From the NCBI RefSeq assembly GCF_000195855.1, contig NC_002677.1:930001-962000 (forward strand): 32,000 bases of DNA, in the 5' to 3' direction. This document shows, piece after piece, positions 1-11,330 of the stretch. Source of the DNA: Mycobacterium leprae TN. Its GTDB lineage: Bacteria > Actinomycetota > Actinomycetes > Mycobacteriales > Mycobacteriaceae. The notes under the pieces were generated by a model. The model made no database searches. It was not told the DNA's origin and worked only from the letters and a program-made list of their open reading frames with translations. The translations under genes and the position numbers were made by a program. How positions within the stretch are numbered: position 1 is the first letter of the stretch; the number at the start of each line of letters is the position of its first letter.

Positions 1-13
1 ACCCGTTGCAACA

Positions 14-253
14 ATGGAAAAACCCAGTTCAATGACTTTCGCGTCAGTGCGTTGGTGGAGCAATTTTGTTCACGCCAAAGACAAGATGATGGAGCGCGTC
101 AATACTCCGGTTATCCTATGTGTACGGTGGAATCGTATATCAAAAATTAATTCGATTGACCATGATGTCACCCTTGCCGTCCACGATCCATTATTCGATG
201 CGGAGAAGCCAAAGGTCAAACTGTTGGAACAGCTGATCGAGAGCACCGACTAA
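14..253 (+). pseudogene. 3' fragment resembling polyphosphate kinase 2 family (Rv3232c-like)
   Basis: Fragment 'VRWWSNFVHAKDKMMERVNTPVILCVRW...INSIDHD' resembles the PPK2 motif 'W.EYSKAKDEMM..TdtPEAPWyvV..ddKKRARLN.I.HLL'; position is consistent with synteny to Rv3230c/desA3. Degenerate. Confidence 0.4.
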
Positions 254-339
254 GCGGTCGTTGCTTGAGTGTTGAGTGACTGGCGCTGTTTTGCAGGTCT
301 ATATCCTGGCTACTCGTGGCTATGTTGTAGCAGTTTGTC

Positions 340-800
340 GCTGACGGTTCGTTGTGGCTGTTCAAAGGAACCGCATTCGCGGTGACCTCGATGTGGCGTG
401 AGGTTTACGCCGAGGGGGAGGACGATGACTTGCTGGAGGTGGCGTTGCGCGAGGCGGCGCTAGCATTACTGCACCTGTTGGCTGCCGCTACCCCCCCGAC
501 GCAGAGACCACATCGGCGGGCGAGTCCGCCTTGCCGCTGCGGCGCGCCGTGCTGGTCGTCGGGGCCGACGATGTCACGCCGTTCAGATCTCGATGGCGCC
601 GACCTAATTGTTCGGCGATGTGCAGGACCATGATCTGGCTTGATACGTCAAACAGGAGCTGCTATTCCTGCTCTAAACCCTCAAGGTGTGACGGAGTCCG
701 GACCGTGGGGCCTAGGTATGATCGCGTACTTTACGGTCCCATAGATCTGGTGGGTGTGGAACCGGACCAGGCGTGGGTGGAAGCCAAGCCAGAAGCCTGA
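340..800 (+). pseudogene. Degenerate conserved hypothetical (possibly Rv3231c-like by synteny)
   Basis: Coding-like fragments in shifting frames (VAVTSMWREVYAEGEDDDLLEVALREAALALLHLLAA; VLVVGADDVTPF). Assignment rests mostly on gene order. Confidence 0.3.
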
Positions 801-859
801 TCGTGAGCAAGAATTTCCTGTGAGTGAAATTAATCACAACGGTCATGGCCAATATCGGA

Positions 860-1976
860 GACACTAAGCGTCTCCGCCGTGGTCGGAGCCAGTTGGCATG
901 CGCTGTGCAAGATAGCCGCGTGCGTTACCACCCCGCTATTGCCCGACGACTACATTGCACCTGGCAAATCCGCTGTGGTCCGCGCGAGCTGCGGGGTCGC
1001 GTGTTGATGGTCCGTCGGAAGACAGAAGGCTCGGCGAACCCTGGTCATTAAGCCGAGCTGGGCTTCAGCTATCAGTCCGGCTAGTACATCGGTCGGGTTG
1101 TGTAGTGGATGGGCGCTGGCAGTTGTATTCGCTGACGTCTAGCTTGGCTGCGGTGTCTGGGGCCAGGTTGGGGCGGATGGTGACTATCACCGTGAAAGCG
1201 ATGTCGGATTACCTACCTGGTAGCCGGTGTCGAGTCGGGAACCATGGTCCGGTTGGTCGCGCCCCAGGTCAATTTCGTATTACCTGACTCGGCGCTGTCG
1301 TCGATTCTGTTCTTCACCGCCGGATCCGGCATCGCCCCGGTGATATTGTGATGCTGCGCACGTTGGCGTGCTGCAACCAAATTACGGACATCACGTATCT
1401 GCATTCGGTACCCACCGGATCCGACGTAATGTTCAGCGGAGAGTTGGCCTAGGCCGGCATCCGGCCACAACTGTTTATCGGCTGCGCGTGCGACACATCC
1501 GCACCGAAGGTCGACTCGACTTCGCCCGGCTCGGCGAAGAGGTGTGCCCGGATTGGTGTGAATGCTATACTTGGGTATACAGGACAGAAGGTTTGCTTAA
1601 ATAGGCAGGGACAGTCTGGTCGGCGGACGATATCAGCGACCGGCTGCACTTGGAGCGGTTCGCGGTGTCAAAGGCCGCGCCCGCCGGAGCCGGCGGTGTA
1701 GTCAATTTGCTCATAGTCGACTCAGCGTGGCGGTTGATGCCGGAACGTCGTTGATGGATACGGGCGAAGGCCGTTGGTGTTAAGATGCCATTCTGCTGCA
1801 GGATGGACATCTGTCAGTTGTGTGTGGTCGGGATTGGTCCCAGTCCACGTCTGTGACCTGAAAACGGGTACAAGAACACGAACAGAGAACCTCGATTCAG
1901 ACGTGGGTGTCGGTCGCATCTGGCGACTGTGTGCTCGACGTCTACAGGCTACTGAAGGGCAACCAGTCTAATAGCG
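860..1976 (+). pseudogene. FAD/NAD-binding ferredoxin-type oxidoreductase (Rv3230c-like) pseudogene
   Basis: Multi-frame matches: 'PNWAELGFSYQSG.YIGRVV', '[62 protein letters not shown]', '[18 protein letters not shown]', with stops and frameshifts between. Confidence 0.75.
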
Positions 1977-2046
1977 TATTACGCTACCGTAAGTCTGGAA
2001 TAAATAATTAAGTTTAGGCCTGCCCACTGAACTGCAGTGAGATGAC

Positions 2047-3258
2047 GACGATGGCGATCACAGACGTCGGCGCATTCGCGCATTTAGACGGACGCTGGTA
2101 TTGAAAACTTGGCCGTTGAGTTAGATGTCATCCGCAGCGACGTTGGAGACTCGCGTGATGAGCAGCGGGACGCCCGCTGCATTCGCCGCTCCATTGCGGC
2201 GCAGGGGGGCGGGTGCTGGAGATGGCTGGCGGGGTACTACTGGCCGCCAGTTCACGGTCGGTGTTTGGCGTGGTGGGTAGGTGCGGTGACGCTGGGTGTG
2301 GCCAAGATCATCGAGAACATGGAGATTGGCCACAATGTCATGCACGGTTATGTGGGATTTGGATGAACTACCCTGAGATTTATTTTCGTGGGAGTGAGAC
2401 ATGATGAGGTGGGTTAAAGTATTGGTAATTCATTAACAAATTTCGTGTACCACAAGTACACTAACATCCTCGGTATGGACGACAACGTCTGTTACGGGCA
2501 TGTTGCGGGTCACCTGAGACCAGTGTTGGAAGAGCTTCAACATCCTTACCTTATTTTCAACACCTTGCTCCCGTTCGGCTTCGAATCGGGGTGTCGCCTT
2601 GCAGCATGTGGAATCGGCGAGATCGTAAAGAGGCGGCTGGATCATCAGGAGGCTTGGCAACGGATCGGTTGAATTTTTGGCTAAAGGCCGGTTGCCTAGT
2701 GTTCAAGGATTACGTTGCTTTCCCAGCGCTGACTATGCTGTCGCCCGGCGCGACATGTACCGGTCCACCGTGATCCGCAACGTGCGGTTTAACGCCGTCG
2801 GCTTCTGCGGGCATTTCTCGGATGGCACCGAGAAAGTTACCAAAACCGACATGATCAGCGAGAGTAAGGACCGGTGGTACCTGCGCTGCGGCAGATGCTC
2901 GTTAGTGCCAATTTCAACGCCGGGACCGCGATGTGGTTCATGAGTGGCAACCTGTACCATCAGATCGCGCATCATTTGTTATCCTGATCTGCTGAGCAAC
3001 CGGCTGGCCGAGATCTCGGTGCGGGTGCGTGAAATTAGCGACACGTATGATCTGCTGTACGCCACAGGTCGTTTTTGGTGCAGTACGACAAGATCTGGTG
3101 CAGTCTGGCCATGCTGGAGCTGCCGAACAAGTACTTGGTTGATAACGCCGACAACGTGCCGAAGATTCGCAGTGAGCGGATGTACGCTGGACGGCAACCC
3201 GGTTGGGCCGACGTGGGTTGAAGGTCGCGGTCGTCACGGTGCGGAGTTGGCGGCATAA
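2047..3258 (+). pseudogene. desA3: Acyl-CoA/fatty-acid desaturase (DesA3-like) pseudogene
   Basis: Fragments in shifted frames: 'LAWWVGAVTLGVAKIIENMEIGHNVMHG', 'HKYTNILGMDDNVCYG', 'VFKDYVAFPALT', 'FCGHFSDGTEKVTKTDMI', 'SNRLAEISVRVREI'; typical membrane desaturase order. Confidence 0.85.
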
Positions 3259-3489
3259 CAGGCGGGCCTTAGCTGCCGCGTTTAGTGCTGATGACGATCT
3301 GGCGGCCTAGTTGCCGGTCGTCTTGGCGGCCAGCTCTGCCAACTTCGTGTCGAGTTCTGTTGCGGCGCTGATCAATTGTCGATGCCGGCTGTCGAGATCC
3401 AGGCGTCGTGGTCGATCTGGCCGAACAGCATGAATTCGCATGGCCCGACTTGAGGCGGCGACCAGTTCGCCGTAGTTCTGTGTGCTCTG

Positions 3490-4345
3490 CGCGGTCCCCA
3501 GGACAGCAGCTCGATGATTGTGGCGTTGGTCATGCCGTTAGCCTCGGTACAAAGTATATACGCAAAGGTATATACTTTGTACCGAGGATAGCGTTGCTGC
3601 AGAGTGTTAACCAGCGTGATAATGATGCGGCGCCACTAGCTTCTAGCGGGTACCCGATCGCAGTGGTGGCGCCGTTGCTTTGATCCTGGTCAGGCCCGCT
3701 CCGTTGTTCTGCGTTCAGGCAGCACGATCGGTGCAAACGCCTCGTTAGCCTTGAGCCGGTCGATGTCGGCCAGTGCCAACCAGCGGGTGCTATGCAACAC
3801 CTTGCCGGTGGCGGTGATGATGCCAGTCGGCATGTAGAGCGGAGCCGACTCGATCACGGTTATAGCCTGGATCCAGGCTAGCGGGCGCAGGCCCAGTGTG
3901 TTGGCAATCTTGCTGCTGGTGATCAAGACCGCGGCTCTGCCATCCGTAGAGTGGCGACGAGTTACCCGTGGTAATCAGCCGATTGATCTACGGTAAGCAC
4001 TCTTTCCTCGCTTCGTTAGAGAACGATGGCTGCAATGGGCCAGCGTCTCTACGGTCGTTGCAGGTCGAATGCTAGCGTCGGATTCTAACTCGGTGATTGG
4101 GCTTAGATCGTCGTCAAAGAGGCCGTATTTGGTAAAGTCCCGTTATGTCCGCGCCAAACGGATTGTTGCCTGGCAGCACCGAGCTGCCTAGCAGCACGCG
4201 GGATATCAATTCTATACCGCTGGCGATGACGGGGTCGTAGGCGTCGGTGGGCACGCTCTGGGTGGCGAAGCTGATGGCTTGCTGGTTGCTGCCACACTGT
4301 CGGGCAACTCTGGCGCTTGGGATAGGGAATTATAGAGCAATCCAA
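3490..4345 (-). pseudogene. Thiolase (acetyl-CoA acyltransferase, FadA-like) pseudogene
   Basis: Minus-strand fragments 'ASGIELISRVLLGSSVLPGNNPFG', 'DGRAAVLITSSKIANTLGLRPLA', 'LADIDRLKANEAFAPIVL', 'NGATTAIGYPLEASGAA', 'NGMTNATIIELL' in correct thiolase order but different frames. Confidence 0.75.
3542..3587. repeat. Perfect 20-bp inverted repeat with 6-bp spacer
   Basis: cctcggtacaaagtatatac - gcaaag - gtatatactttgtaccgagg; arms 3542-3561 and 3568-3587. Confidence 0.95.
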
Positions 4346-4527
4346 GGCACAGAGATAATTTGGATTACCTTTCTGTAAGGATCCCTGGTGCTGTTCGACG
4401 GGCTCGGCATGTGTGGCTGGCTAGGTCGCGTTGAGCCTCTCAATGGGCTGCGAGCGTGCGGGTGTATTCTATTAAGATTAACGTGGCGTGTCGGCGTTCA
4501 GACACTCGTTCCTCGCGGGGAGGTCGG

Positions 4528-5511
4528 TTAGGTCTCCCTGAGCACCGCCAGCAGCCGTCTGGTGGCGGCCACGCGACGGACTGCGGGTCCGGATATGTTG
4601 TCCAGCGTGCATTCGGGGTCTGCCGGCGGCCCTATGTGCCTGCAGCCGCGTGGGCAGTCCTCGGTTGCTTCGGTTAGGTCCGAGAAGGCCAGCACCACGT
4701 CGTCGGGTCGGATGTGGGCCAGCCCGAACGAACGGATTCCCGGGGTGTCAATCACCCAGCCAGAACCTTCCAGTGGCAGTGCGACCGACTGAGTTGAGGT
4801 GTGCCGTCCACGGCCGGTGTCGGTGACTTCGCCTACCGACCGGTTCGCTTCGGGCACAAGACGATTCACCAGGGTTGACTTGCCGACTCCGGAATGTCCA
4901 AGTAGCACGGTGATCTTGCCGGCCAGCAAGTCCGCTACGGCGAGCAGGGGATCGCCAACACCTGCGGTGACCACCGTCAAGTCCAGATCGACAAACTGTT
5001 TAGCGAATGGTTCCAGGGGTGCGAGGTCGGTCTTGGTCAGGCACAGGATCGGTGCCAGCCCGCCAGCGTAGGCGGCGATCAGTGCTCGGTCGACCAGGCC
5101 GGTGCGTGGCGGTGGGTCCGCCAACGCCACCACGATCAGCAGTTGATCGGCATTGGCGACCACCACTCGTTCGCTTGTGTCGGTGTCATCGGCGGTGCGC
5201 CGCAACACCGTTCGGCGCTGTAAGCGCCGAACGATGCGGGCTAGGGTATCGGGTCGGCCGGACAGATCGCCAACCACCTCGACGTTGTCGCCGACGACGA
5301 TCGGGGTGTGGCCCAGCTCGCGTGCCCGCATAGCTGTGATCCGTCGATCGGGACAGTTGTCTAGTGCACAGCCCCAGCGGCCGCGATCAACACTGACCAC
5401 CATAGCAGCCTTGGCGTCAGCGTGTTCGGGACGGGTTTTGGTCCGCGGTCGTGAGCCTCGGCCGGAGCGAATCTTGACATCGGATTCGTCGTAGTAGTTG
5501 TCGGGCTTCAA
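4528..5511 (-). CDS. rsgA: Ribosome small subunit-dependent GTPase A (RsgA/YjeQ)
   Basis: Circularly permuted GTPase motifs 'LTKTDL', '[14 protein letters not shown]', 'DTPGIRSFG' and C-terminal Cys-rich Zn site '[16 protein letters not shown]'. ORF extends to 5541, but TTG at 5511 abutting the aroA stop is a likely start. Confidence 0.93.
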   Translation of the reverse strand: MKPDNYYDESDVKIRSGRGSRPRTKTRPEHADAKAAMVVSVDRGRWGCALDNCPDRRITAMRARELGHTPIVVGDNVEVVGDLSGRPDTLARIVRRLQRRTVLRRTADDTDTSERVVVANADQLLIVVALADPPPRTGLVDRALIAAYAGGLAPILCLTKTDLAPLEPFAKQFVDLDLTVVTAGVGDPLLAVADLLAGKITVLLGHSGVGKSTLVNRLVPEANRSVGEVTDTGRGRHTSTQSVALPLEGSGWVIDTPGIRSFGLAHIRPDDVVLAFSDLTEATEDCPRGCRHIGPPADPECTLDNISGPAVRRVAATRRLLAVLRET

Positions 5512-6800
5512 CCGGTCGACCTCTTGAGCATGTTCGCCCACAGTTGTGGGAACTGGGGTAGCGTCTTGTGGGTAGCACCGATGTCGTCGACTTCGACTCC
5601 GGAGACCCGCAACCCGACGATCGCGCCGGCCATTGCCATCCTGTGATCAGCATACGCTCGCCAGACGCCGGGCCGCAGCGGTGTCGCGGTGATAATCAAA
5701 CCGTCGGACGTTTCCTGACAGTCGCCGCCCAGACGGTTGATTTCGGTGCTCAGTGCGGCGAGTCGGTCGGTTTCGTGGCCGCGCAGATGGGCGATGCCGT
5801 GTAGTTGCGACACCGATCCTGGGGTTGCCAGTGCCGCTAGCGCTGCTACCGACGGCGTGAGCTCACCGACGTCGCGAAGGTCGACGTCGAAGCCATCGTA
5901 CACCGTCGATCCTTGTACTTCGAGGAATGAATCAGTTTGATTAACAACGACATTCAGTCGGAACAAGATGTTCAGAATATTGTCTGCGGGCTGTACACTG
6001 GTTTTTGGCCAGCCCGTGATGCGCACGGTACCGCCGCTGACCGCTGCTGCCGCCAGGAACGCAACAGCGTTCGTGAGATCGGGCTCGACGACCCAGTGCC
6101 GGGCCGCAACTGTACCGGGTCGCACCTGCCAACGGTTACCAACCGAGTCATCGACCTGGACACCGGCTTGCCGCAGCATCATAACCGTCATCGCTATATG
6201 CGGAGCTGACGGTACCGGCGAACCGGTGTGCTGCACGGTCACTCCTTGGGTGAACGACGCTGCGCACAACAACAGGCCGGAGACGAACTGTGAGGACGCC
6301 GACGCGTCAATGGCCACGGTGCCACCGGCGACTGACCCGCTGCCTTGCACCTGGAAAGGCAAACCGACGCCATCGACGGGGACGCCCAGACCACGCAGCG
6401 CATCCAGCAGCGGTGTGATCGGCCGGGCCCGGGCTTGTTCGTCGCCGTCGAAGGTGACCGGGTTGGCGCTCAGCGCCGCCAGCGGTGGGACAAAACGCAA
6501 TACTGTGCCGGCCAGACCGCAGTCCACTTGAGCGTCTTCGCCGGGGGTAATTCGGCCGTTGACCGTTAAGACAGAGCCGGCCTCGTCGACGTGTAGGCCC
6601 AGTGTCCGTAACGCTGAAATCATTAGTTCGGTATCCCTGCTGCGCAGTGCACCGCCGATGGTCGAGGTGCCTTGGCCTTGTGCTGCCGCTAGCGCTGCCA
6701 GCATCAGTGCTCGGTTGGTTTGCGATTTAGAGCCCGGAATTGTCACGTTCGCCTGCACCGGTGTCGACGCGACGGGGGCCGTCCAGGACTCGATGCTCAC
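5508..6800 (-). CDS. aroA: 3-phosphoshikimate 1-carboxyvinyltransferase (EPSP synthase)
   Basis: 430-aa ORF; '[18 protein letters not shown]', '[17 protein letters not shown]', '[33 protein letters not shown]'. Confidence 0.96.
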   Translation of the reverse strand: MSIESWTAPVASTPVQANVTIPGSKSQTNRALMLAALAAAQGQGTSTIGGALRSRDTELMISALRTLGLHVDEAGSVLTVNGRITPGEDAQVDCGLAGTVLRFVPPLAALSANPVTFDGDEQARARPITPLLDALRGLGVPVDGVGLPFQVQGSGSVAGGTVAIDASASSQFVSGLLLCAASFTQGVTVQHTGSPVPSAPHIAMTVMMLRQAGVQVDDSVGNRWQVRPGTVAARHWVVEPDLTNAVAFLAAAAVSGGTVRITGWPKTSVQPADNILNILFRLNVVVNQTDSFLEVQGSTVYDGFDVDLRDVGELTPSVAALAALATPGSVSQLHGIAHLRGHETDRLAALSTEINRLGGDCQETSDGLIITATPLRPGVWRAYADHRMAMAGAIVGLRVSGVEVDDIGATHKTLPQFPQLWANMLKRSTG

Positions 6801-6855
6801 CTGCTACATCCTGCCGTGTTGGCGGGCGTTATGGGTATCGGGCATCATGGCAGGC

Positions 6856-7605
6856 GTGTGCGGACGGTTTGCGGTCATTACCAGTACGGCTCTATTAGCT
6901 GAGAAAATCAAGGCGGTTGACGAAGCAACTGTGGACGCTCCCAACTACAACGTGGCTCCCACGGTACCCATCGCCACAGTGGTGTCTCGCCATAGCGAGT
7001 CTGATTACGAGCCGACCCGTCGGGTGCGACTTATGCGGTGGGGATTGATTCCGCCGTGGATCAAAGCAAGTTCTGACGGTGGCCCGGACATTAAAGGTCC
7101 GCTGTTGATCAACGTTCGTGCCGACAAGGTTGCGACATCGCCGGTTTTCCGGAATTCGGCCAAGAGTAAGCGTTGCCTGGTGCCGATGGATGGTTGGTAC
7201 GAATGGCAGGTCAACGTCGATTCGGCTCTAGGAAAAAAGGCTTCCACGACACCGTTTTTCATTAACCGCGATGACGGTGCCACGCTGTTCATGGCTGGGC
7301 TGTGGTCAGTATGGCAACCGGCCAATTCTTCCGCTATGTTGTTGAGCTGCACTATCATCACCACCGACGCGGTGGGGGAGCTGGCCGAGATACACGATCG
7401 GATGCCGCTCATCCTTGCCGAATATGACTGGGATGTCTGGCTCAACCCTTACATTCCGCTGGATCCCCAGTTGCTGGCGCGATCGCCGGATGTGCACGAC
7501 ATCGACGTGCGCCCGGTGTCAACGTTGGTCAATAGTGTACGTAACAACGGGCCCGAGCTGCTCGAGCCGGTCCTGCTACAGCCGGGACAAATAACGCTGC
7601 TGTAG
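6856..7605 (+). CDS. SRAP domain protein (HMCES/YedK family, Rv3226c-like)
   Basis: GTG start at 6856 gives (M)CGRFAVITS with the catalytic Cys2; also 'PNYNVAPTVPIATVV', 'RRVRLMRWGLIPPW', 'INVRADKVATSPVF', 'KRCLVPMDGWYEW', 'TIITTDAVGELAEIHDRMPLIL'. Confidence 0.93.
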   Translation: MCGRFAVITSTALLAEKIKAVDEATVDAPNYNVAPTVPIATVVSRHSESDYEPTRRVRLMRWGLIPPWIKASSDGGPDIKGPLLINVRADKVATSPVFRNSAKSKRCLVPMDGWYEWQVNVDSALGKKASTTPFFINRDDGATLFMAGLWSVWQPANSSAMLLSCTIITTDAVGELAEIHDRMPLILAEYDWDVWLNPYIPLDPQLLARSPDVHDIDVRPVSTLVNSVRNNGPELLEPVLLQPGQITLL

Positions 7606-8581
7606 CAGTGGTCATGTCGCTCCTGAGTTGGCGTCTTCGCCGTCGTCTTCCTTGCTTGGTAACATCTTCGGGTGGTGGGATGTGTGTTGATTCATTTTTG
7701 GGCGTGGTCGAAGTGGGGTGGTGGAATCCACTCGATGGTCTCGTCTTTGTGTTTGCGGATGGTCTAGTTTTTCTTGGCTAGTGGGTGATGGCTACAGGTA
7801 GACGAAGTTTAGCTGGTTTATATCGGTTATGTGGTATTGGGTGTAGGGTGTGACCCTGTGCGGTTGCAGTCTTTGCCGTGTGAATAGTGATTCCCTGTGT
7901 AGGGGAGGCGAGTCGTTTGGTGTGGTCGAGTGCTATGGCTTTAGCCTTTATCAAAAATTGCGAGATAATGGTGGGTATGCCGTGCCAGGTGGATTACGTT
8001 GCTAATTAGCAGTATTGCCACCGCTGGTGAGTTCCTTTTCGGTGGTGGTCTTTATTTTAATTAATGTCCTGGTGAAGATGATGAAGTCTGGTAATTTGTT
8101 GTGCGGGAATATTTTCCCGAATTTAGCACAGGGAACACAACGCGGTGAGTCTGTCGTGGTTGCGTTGGGCGGGCACTCGGGTAGCTTAGTTGATGGCTTG
8201 TTTAGAAGGTTGGTCGTTGTTGTTGGGGGTTGCACATGATCTAGCGCGGCTAGTTTGGCCCACACTGCATTTCATGGTGTCGTGGGCTTCAGAGGGCGCG
8301 CTAGCCGTGCCGCTTTAATATGTTCTCGGTTTGCTGGTTGTTAGTGTTAAGTGTCTACACTGCGTGGTTTTCATCGTAGTCTCCGTCTTTCAGGGTTGAC
8401 GCAATAGGCGATTATGTCAGCTCGCCCAGCGAGTTGTTCGGGCCGGTGTTGGCTGTCGTGCTTAGCCAGATTGGTTTTGTTTTGCTTTCGAGTGGTCCGA
8501 TCGATCTAGCTGGGCAATTTGTAGTATAATCTCTTACTTACCGCACTATAACATAAAACATAACTAGTGTCGAGTTTACTT

Positions 8582-8628
8582 TCGCGCTGTTGGCAGCTGT
8601 AGCCGCCAACAGCGCGACTTTAATTTTT
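8582..8628 (+). terminator. Possible rho-independent terminator-like hairpin
   Basis: 13-bp perfect stem tcgcgctgttggc (8582-8594) / gccaacagcgcga (8605-8617), followed by ctttaattttt. Confidence 0.5.
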
Positions 8629-9218
8629 CACCTCCGGTCAACCTCCGCCGCGGTCCCAGGTCGGCGGTTTCCCGGATACGGCGGGACGCCTCGATACGGC
8701 TGATCAGAGTCCATTCGGCGATCATGTGTTAGAGCTTCTCGCCCAGTTTAGCGCTTCTGGAATGGATTGTCGAGCAAGGGAATTGATCCGAGGATGCTCC
8801 ATCGCAGGAAACCGACGACACACCCGCTCACAGCGCTCCAACAACACCAACCACTTACGGGTGGTCAATGCTTTGACGTTCAGTATGACCACATCATCGA
8901 TTGCGGCGTCGAGAGGGCGCCAAAGGTCGTCGTGATGGCCTCGCGATCGACGACACCAGCTTGAATTCATACTGTTAAACTTCCGGAGGGTCTCTAAAAA
9001 ACGCTACTGTAATATACTACTAGAACGACAGTGGAACAAATTATTTACCGGCAACGCCGCTTAAGTTGACATCTTTCCAGGTTAACCTGCACTAAGGCTA
9101 AGAGCGGCGCCACGAGTCCAGGTAGGTAAGCAAAATGCACATAACGGCCCAGATTTGGCAGGACGGATTAAGCATTGCTTCGTAGTGGAGCGAGGACGAA
9201 TTAGCCGGCGTTAGGAAC

Positions 9219-11330
9219 CTATTGCTTGGCCAGCGTGACCTGTAGCTGATGTTGCTGATTGATCAACTGGTCCTGGTTGTCGTTACCAATTTCCATTAGG
9301 AAACAATCGATTTCGCTGGTGAACTCGTTGTCGTTTGGCCCGTGGTCCGGCGAGCATGGCGAGCCGGTGTCGTGGCCAACGTTGCATGTTTCGTTTGCTG
9401 AGTAGGCCATGGACTGGGTCATGTTCACCCGGTTCTTTGCCCACTGGCACTCAGGCGTAACATAGCGTTACTTCACCGATTTTTTCGCGAATCCGTCACC
9501 GCCGTAGTGGAATTCCGTACGTACCTGGTTCTTATCCGCAGCGATCGGTTTGTCAATATCCACCATGTAATGATTGATGTTCAGGAAATTATAGAAGTTA
9601 TAACAGTACCTTAGCCTGCTTTCGTGTGCATACAATGCCCGCTCACCACGAGGCCACTCTGGGTGATGATCACCCTGTTGGTGCCGGCTTCGGGCACGGT
9701 GATATCGACGGTTACCGTGTACGATTGTTCTTGAGCACCAACATGGAGTTTTCGCTGATCCGCATCCCCGGAAACATCAGTTGGCGATTGCCACGGATCA
9801 GCTAGAGGAGTCCGGCGATGTCGGAATTGAACCGTTGGAGAGAACGGCCATCGAGCGACATTATGGTGTACTTAATGCACTGCCTCGATGAGCTATCGCC
9901 TTTGCAGCTGCGTCGAACTTCTCTAGATTTTCTTTGGTGATACCATAGATTTGGGTCCAGTCGTCAGTTCCGTAGAGCTCCCACGCATCGTCGTCGAATG
10001 CCGGAACGTAGCAGCCACGGTGTGCAGTGCTTAGTCTCCGCTATCCCGCCTCGGTAGTAGATTCCTCGGTTGCGCAGGAATTCGAAATATTGATATTGCA
10101 ATCGTGATTCTCGGCCGCATTGGCCCTTATCGGTAATCCCGGTGGTTCAGTGCACAACTGTCCCGTTGCAGGTGCCGCCCCAATGCGAAGCGATCTGCTT
10201 GGCCCACTGATACGGAGTGTATAACGCTTGTGCCCAGTACATGGGATAGTGGTTATAGGTGCTTGGCGTTCCGCAGGTGTCGATCTTGCTCCACAGAAAT
10301 CGGCGCTTTCCATGCCACCTAGCCCGTCTAGTGTGGTTCTGCTTCGCTGAAGCAGCTGACTAGAGTACCTTCGGTCGAGGCGCCGTTGTGGCCGATGATG
10401 ATCAAGGTCTTGTCAGGAACGTCAGTTCTTCGATCGCATCGACCACACGACCTACCTCGTAGTCAGTTTGTTCCAGGAAGCCGGCTTAGATCTCCATTTG
10501 CCGGGCCAGTACCGGTTTCTGCTCGGCGGGCATGTCGTCTCAGGACGGAATCTCCTTTGGCACCTAGTCAATTCCGCATCCGCGGGGATAACACCCAACT
10601 CCTTTTCCTCTGGAAGGTGTGCTCATGCAACAGATACCAGCCATTCATGGAATTTGCCCTGGTACTTGTCCAACCAATATGTGGGCACATGGTGTGGCGC
10701 GTGCGTGGCGCTCGGTGCGAAGTAGATGAAGAACGACGTGTCCGAGATGCGTTCCTGCTGCCGGCGTACACAGCTCATGGTACGACCGGCAAGATCTTCG
10801 GTGAATGTGTGGGTTGCCTCGGGTGTCTGGGGGTCGATTGGGGGTGGTTCCCTCTTAGCGCCCTGAATAATACGATTCGCCTAGGCCCCGACAAAGCTGT
10901 AAGATACGATGAAGCTGTAAAAATTCTGCAAATTCGGGATCTGTTCGCCAATAATGGAACGGCCCAACCGCGGAAACTTCCCAAACGGTCACCTCGTGGT
11001 ACTTCCCGACCTGGGCGTTGAATACCCATTCAGCCGATGATCGTCCGCAATAGGTGCCTTGTCTCTAGGCTGCACGCTGATGTATTCGGTTGCCGAGGTG
11101 GCAAGTTCGGTGACGTCATTGGCGTTGACCGAGTGTTGGTTACGGTTGGTCAGCAGCTCCTGGAGAGTGAGCGAAAACAGTGTAGCGGTGTGGAAGCGGG
11201 TGAGCCTGGGAAAGTTGGTTACTACGCGCTCATCAGTGGATGTATGACAAGGGTAGCTGAAGACGACATCGTCAAGCAACATGATCAGTACGTTTGGCGC
11301 GCCCGCCGGCGGGCGCAGCCTCGGGATCGA
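9219..11330 (-). pseudogene. Arylsulfatase pseudogene (AtsA/AtsB/AtsD type)
   Basis: Minus-strand fragments in order: 'RQTYVLIMLLDDV', 'ELLTNRNQHSVNANDVTELATSATEYIS', 'APHHVPTYWLDKYQGKF', 'RNRGIYYRGG', 'NRQLMFPGM', 'CNVGHDTGSPCSPDH', 'LINQQHQLQVTLAKQ*'. Many frameshifts and stops. Confidence 0.85.

Noticed and set aside
7621-9200. Searched for a clear gene (e.g. an Rv3225c-like acetyltransferase/phosphotransferase) or a structured non-coding RNA
   Set aside because: Only short, low-complexity ORFs and no recognisable motif; only the terminator-like hairpin at 8582-8628 could be supported.
10386-11021. 211-aa plus-strand ORF
   Set aside because: Antisense to arylsulfatase sequence on the minus strand; Arg/Pro-rich composition typical of a shadow ORF.
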